This document shows positions 36,754 to 38,455 of a DNA stretch of 38,455 nt, piece by piece. Where the stretch lies: positions 1 to 38,455 of the forward strand of contig CBDUQR010000028.1 in NCBI GenBank assembly GCA_965369655.1, written 5' to 3'. Within the stretch, counting starts at the first letter, position 1, and each line of letters opens with the position of its first letter. Source of the DNA: an uncultured bacterium. GTDB lineage: Bacteria; Zixibacteria; MSB-5A5; JAABVY01; JAHJOQ01. Position numbers and translations under genes: made by a program. The notes beneath the pieces were generated by a model that saw only the letters and a program-made list of their open reading frames with translations, ran no database searches and was not told the origin of the DNA.

Positions 36754-38455
36754 ATGTTTGCACGAATGATAAAAGGATGTAGATGGGTTTGTCCCCGTAT
36801 CGGTCACGCAGGACACGTTTTTCTTGTGGTGGCTTTGTTTATGCTGGGTCTTACGTCTACTACTGCTGGACAGATCCAGATCACTCCAGTTTATTCATTT
36901 TCGAATACCCAGGAGAGTACGGCTTCAACATCACTTCAGAACAGCGATGTGTCAATTGCTGGCTCGAGCCTTGAGAGTGGTAAAGACTACCTGATCTTAT
37001 ACTCTGCAGCCTATGGTGGCCAAAACACTAACGCGGTTCCGGTTGTTGCTGTATCGTACGGCGGAACTATCATAGCTACGGGGGCAGACGAAGGCTCATC
37101 CTCCGGTTCTCCTGAAGCAATGCGCTCGGGATCCTTGCATGGTTTCTATGTTCTTACCGGTGATGGTACCTCAGATCTGAGAATTCAGTTCCGCTCGTCC
37201 TCACTCGCCAACACCTATATAAAAGGTAAGTCCCTTGTCGCAATTCCTCTTGAGAATCTGACAGAGAATGAGGATTACTGGTATGTGGGTCAAAATGGTG
37301 ACGCTGCTGAAGTGACAACTACATCATCCTTTGTGGATCTTTTGTCGACGACTTTCGACCTTCCGGAGACGGGTGATTACCTGGTTCTCATGAGTGCCGA
37401 GGGTTGGAATACTGGATCCAGTACTGATGGAGAGCAATTCCGTTCTGTTATCAATACCGAAGTTCAAAAGGCGGCCATGGCCAAGGAGTGGGAAGATGAT
37501 GCAGCAAGTCGGTCATTCTCCTATGCTGAGGTTAAGAATCTGAACGCCGGCAACAACACATTTGAAATAGAGGTAGGATCTGCCCAGGGGACACAGGCGA
37601 AGTATTTTCGCAGAGGACGGATTGTGGTTGTCAAGGCTAGTTCCTTTGATCAGGTTACATCGACTAGTGAAGATTCTGATATTACTACCACTGCGATTCA
37701 CCCAATCTACGACGATTTCATAACTCATTCCTTTACTCCGAATCAGCAAGAACATGTGGTGATAATCGGAAACACATGGAGCAATCAGGGCCAGAACTTC
37801 AGGAGCGTCATAACAAGACTTGAGAATTCGACCGATAACACATACTTCTCAGACTTCATTTCAGACGATTCAAAAGATATCAATGTGGATAGAGCAATGT
37901 TGTCGGTCTTTGGAGCTGAGGAGATATCCTCTCAGAAGACCTACGTGTTACAGATTTCTGGAGAGTCTCCGTATTCTACGGCGCATCACTTCCAGTATGG
38001 GGACCTGATTGTCTGGAGCATGACGCTGGCCAATCAGTCTCCGGTGCTCGATCCGATCGGACCTCGCAGTGTACTTGAGGGTGACAACCTGAACTTCGGT
38101 GTGAGTGCATCCGATCCTGACGGCACGATCCCGACGCTTACCGCCGAGGATGTCCCGACCAATGCGACATTCTCAGACAACGGTGACGGCACCGGTGTAT
38201 TCGATTTCAATCCCGACTTCACGCAGGCAGGGGTTTACAATGTCAGGTTCATCGCATCCGATGGCGCATTAGCCGATACAGAGATAGTCGCGATCACTGT
38301 TACCGAGACGAATCAGTCGCCGGTGCTCGCATCTATCGGACCGAAGTCGGTTGTCGAGGGTGACAACCTGAACTTCGGCGTGAGCGCATCCGATCCAGAC
38401 GGCACGATCCCGACGCTTACCGCCGAGGACATTCCTGTCAATGCGACATTCTCAG
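36754..38455 (+). CDS. Large secreted adhesin-like protein with tandem 93-aa cadherin-like/Ig repeats (partial, runs off the window; absent from the ORF track)
   Basis: Manual translation from ATG 36754 (after GGAGAGG) is stop-free to the window end. Hydrophobic signal (VFLVVALFMLGLTSTTAG), ~390-aa beta-rich region, then NQSPVLDPIGP...SDPDGTIP...DNGDGTG repeats. Confidence 0.88.
   Translation, partial: MFARMIKGCRWVCPRIGHAGHVFLVVALFMLGLTSTTAGQIQITPVYSFSNTQESTASTSLQNSDVSIAGSSLESGKDYLILYSAAYGGQNTNAVPVVAVSYGGTIIATGADEGSSSGSPEAMRSGSLHGFYVLTGDGTSDLRIQFRSSSLANTYIKGKSLVAIPLENLTENEDYWYVGQNGDAAEVTTTSSFVDLLSTTFDLPETGDYLVLMSAEGWNTGSSTDGEQFRSVINTEVQKAAMAKEWEDDAASRSFSYAEVKNLNAGNNTFEIEVGSAQGTQAKYFRRGRIVVVKASSFDQVTSTSEDSDITTTAIHPIYDDFITHSFTPNQQEHVVIIGNTWSNQGQNFRSVITRLENSTDNTYFSDFISDDSKDINVDRAMLSVFGAEEISSQKTYVLQISGESPYSTAHHFQYGDLIVWSMTLANQSPVLDPIGPRSVLEGDNLNFGVSASDPDGTIPTLTAEDVPTNATFSDNGDGTGVFDFNPDFTQAGVYNVRFIASDGALADTEIVAITVTETNQSPVLASIGPKSVVEGDNLNFGVSASDPDGTIPTLTAEDIPVNATFS
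38032..38455 (+). repeat. Intragenic tandem repeat, 279-bp period
   Basis: Units start at 38032 and 38311 with near-identical DNA (GAGGGTGACAACCTGAACTTCGG, GGCACGATCCCGACGCTTACCGCCGAGGA). Confidence 0.9.

Overview
Bacterial genomic window, most likely candidate division Zixibacteria or a related FCB-type lineage (inferred from the GGPxP-type dockerins and the FlgD-Ig/T9SS-like C-terminal domains). The left end holds a ~1845-aa secreted Kgp-like C25 cysteine protease with Ig-like, cadherin-like and C-terminal dockerin modules. The middle carries housekeeping genes (SAM methyltransferase, MlaD, GH57, htpX, a DASS transporter, DUF711, two HDOD proteins) interleaved with AT-richer accessory ORFs, one of which looks like a small histone-fold protein, and a truncated IS3. 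The intergenic DNA contains nested repeats: GTAG-type REP hairpins, IS1182-like MITEs inserted in REP loops with 4-bp duplications, and a 21-24-nt unit inserted next to the loops of several different REPs. At about 20.76-21.80 kb on the minus strand is a ~1-kb unit with no credible ORF, a TTGACA-17-TATACT promoter, many helices, possible pseudoknots and a terminal hairpin: a candidate large noncoding RNA. The right end (27.1-38.5 kb) is a co-oriented cluster of secreted cohesin/dockerin/Ig proteins with no recognisable carbohydrate-active domains, ending in a tandem-repeat adhesin that runs off the window. All domain calls are by-eye motif recognition; no searches were run.
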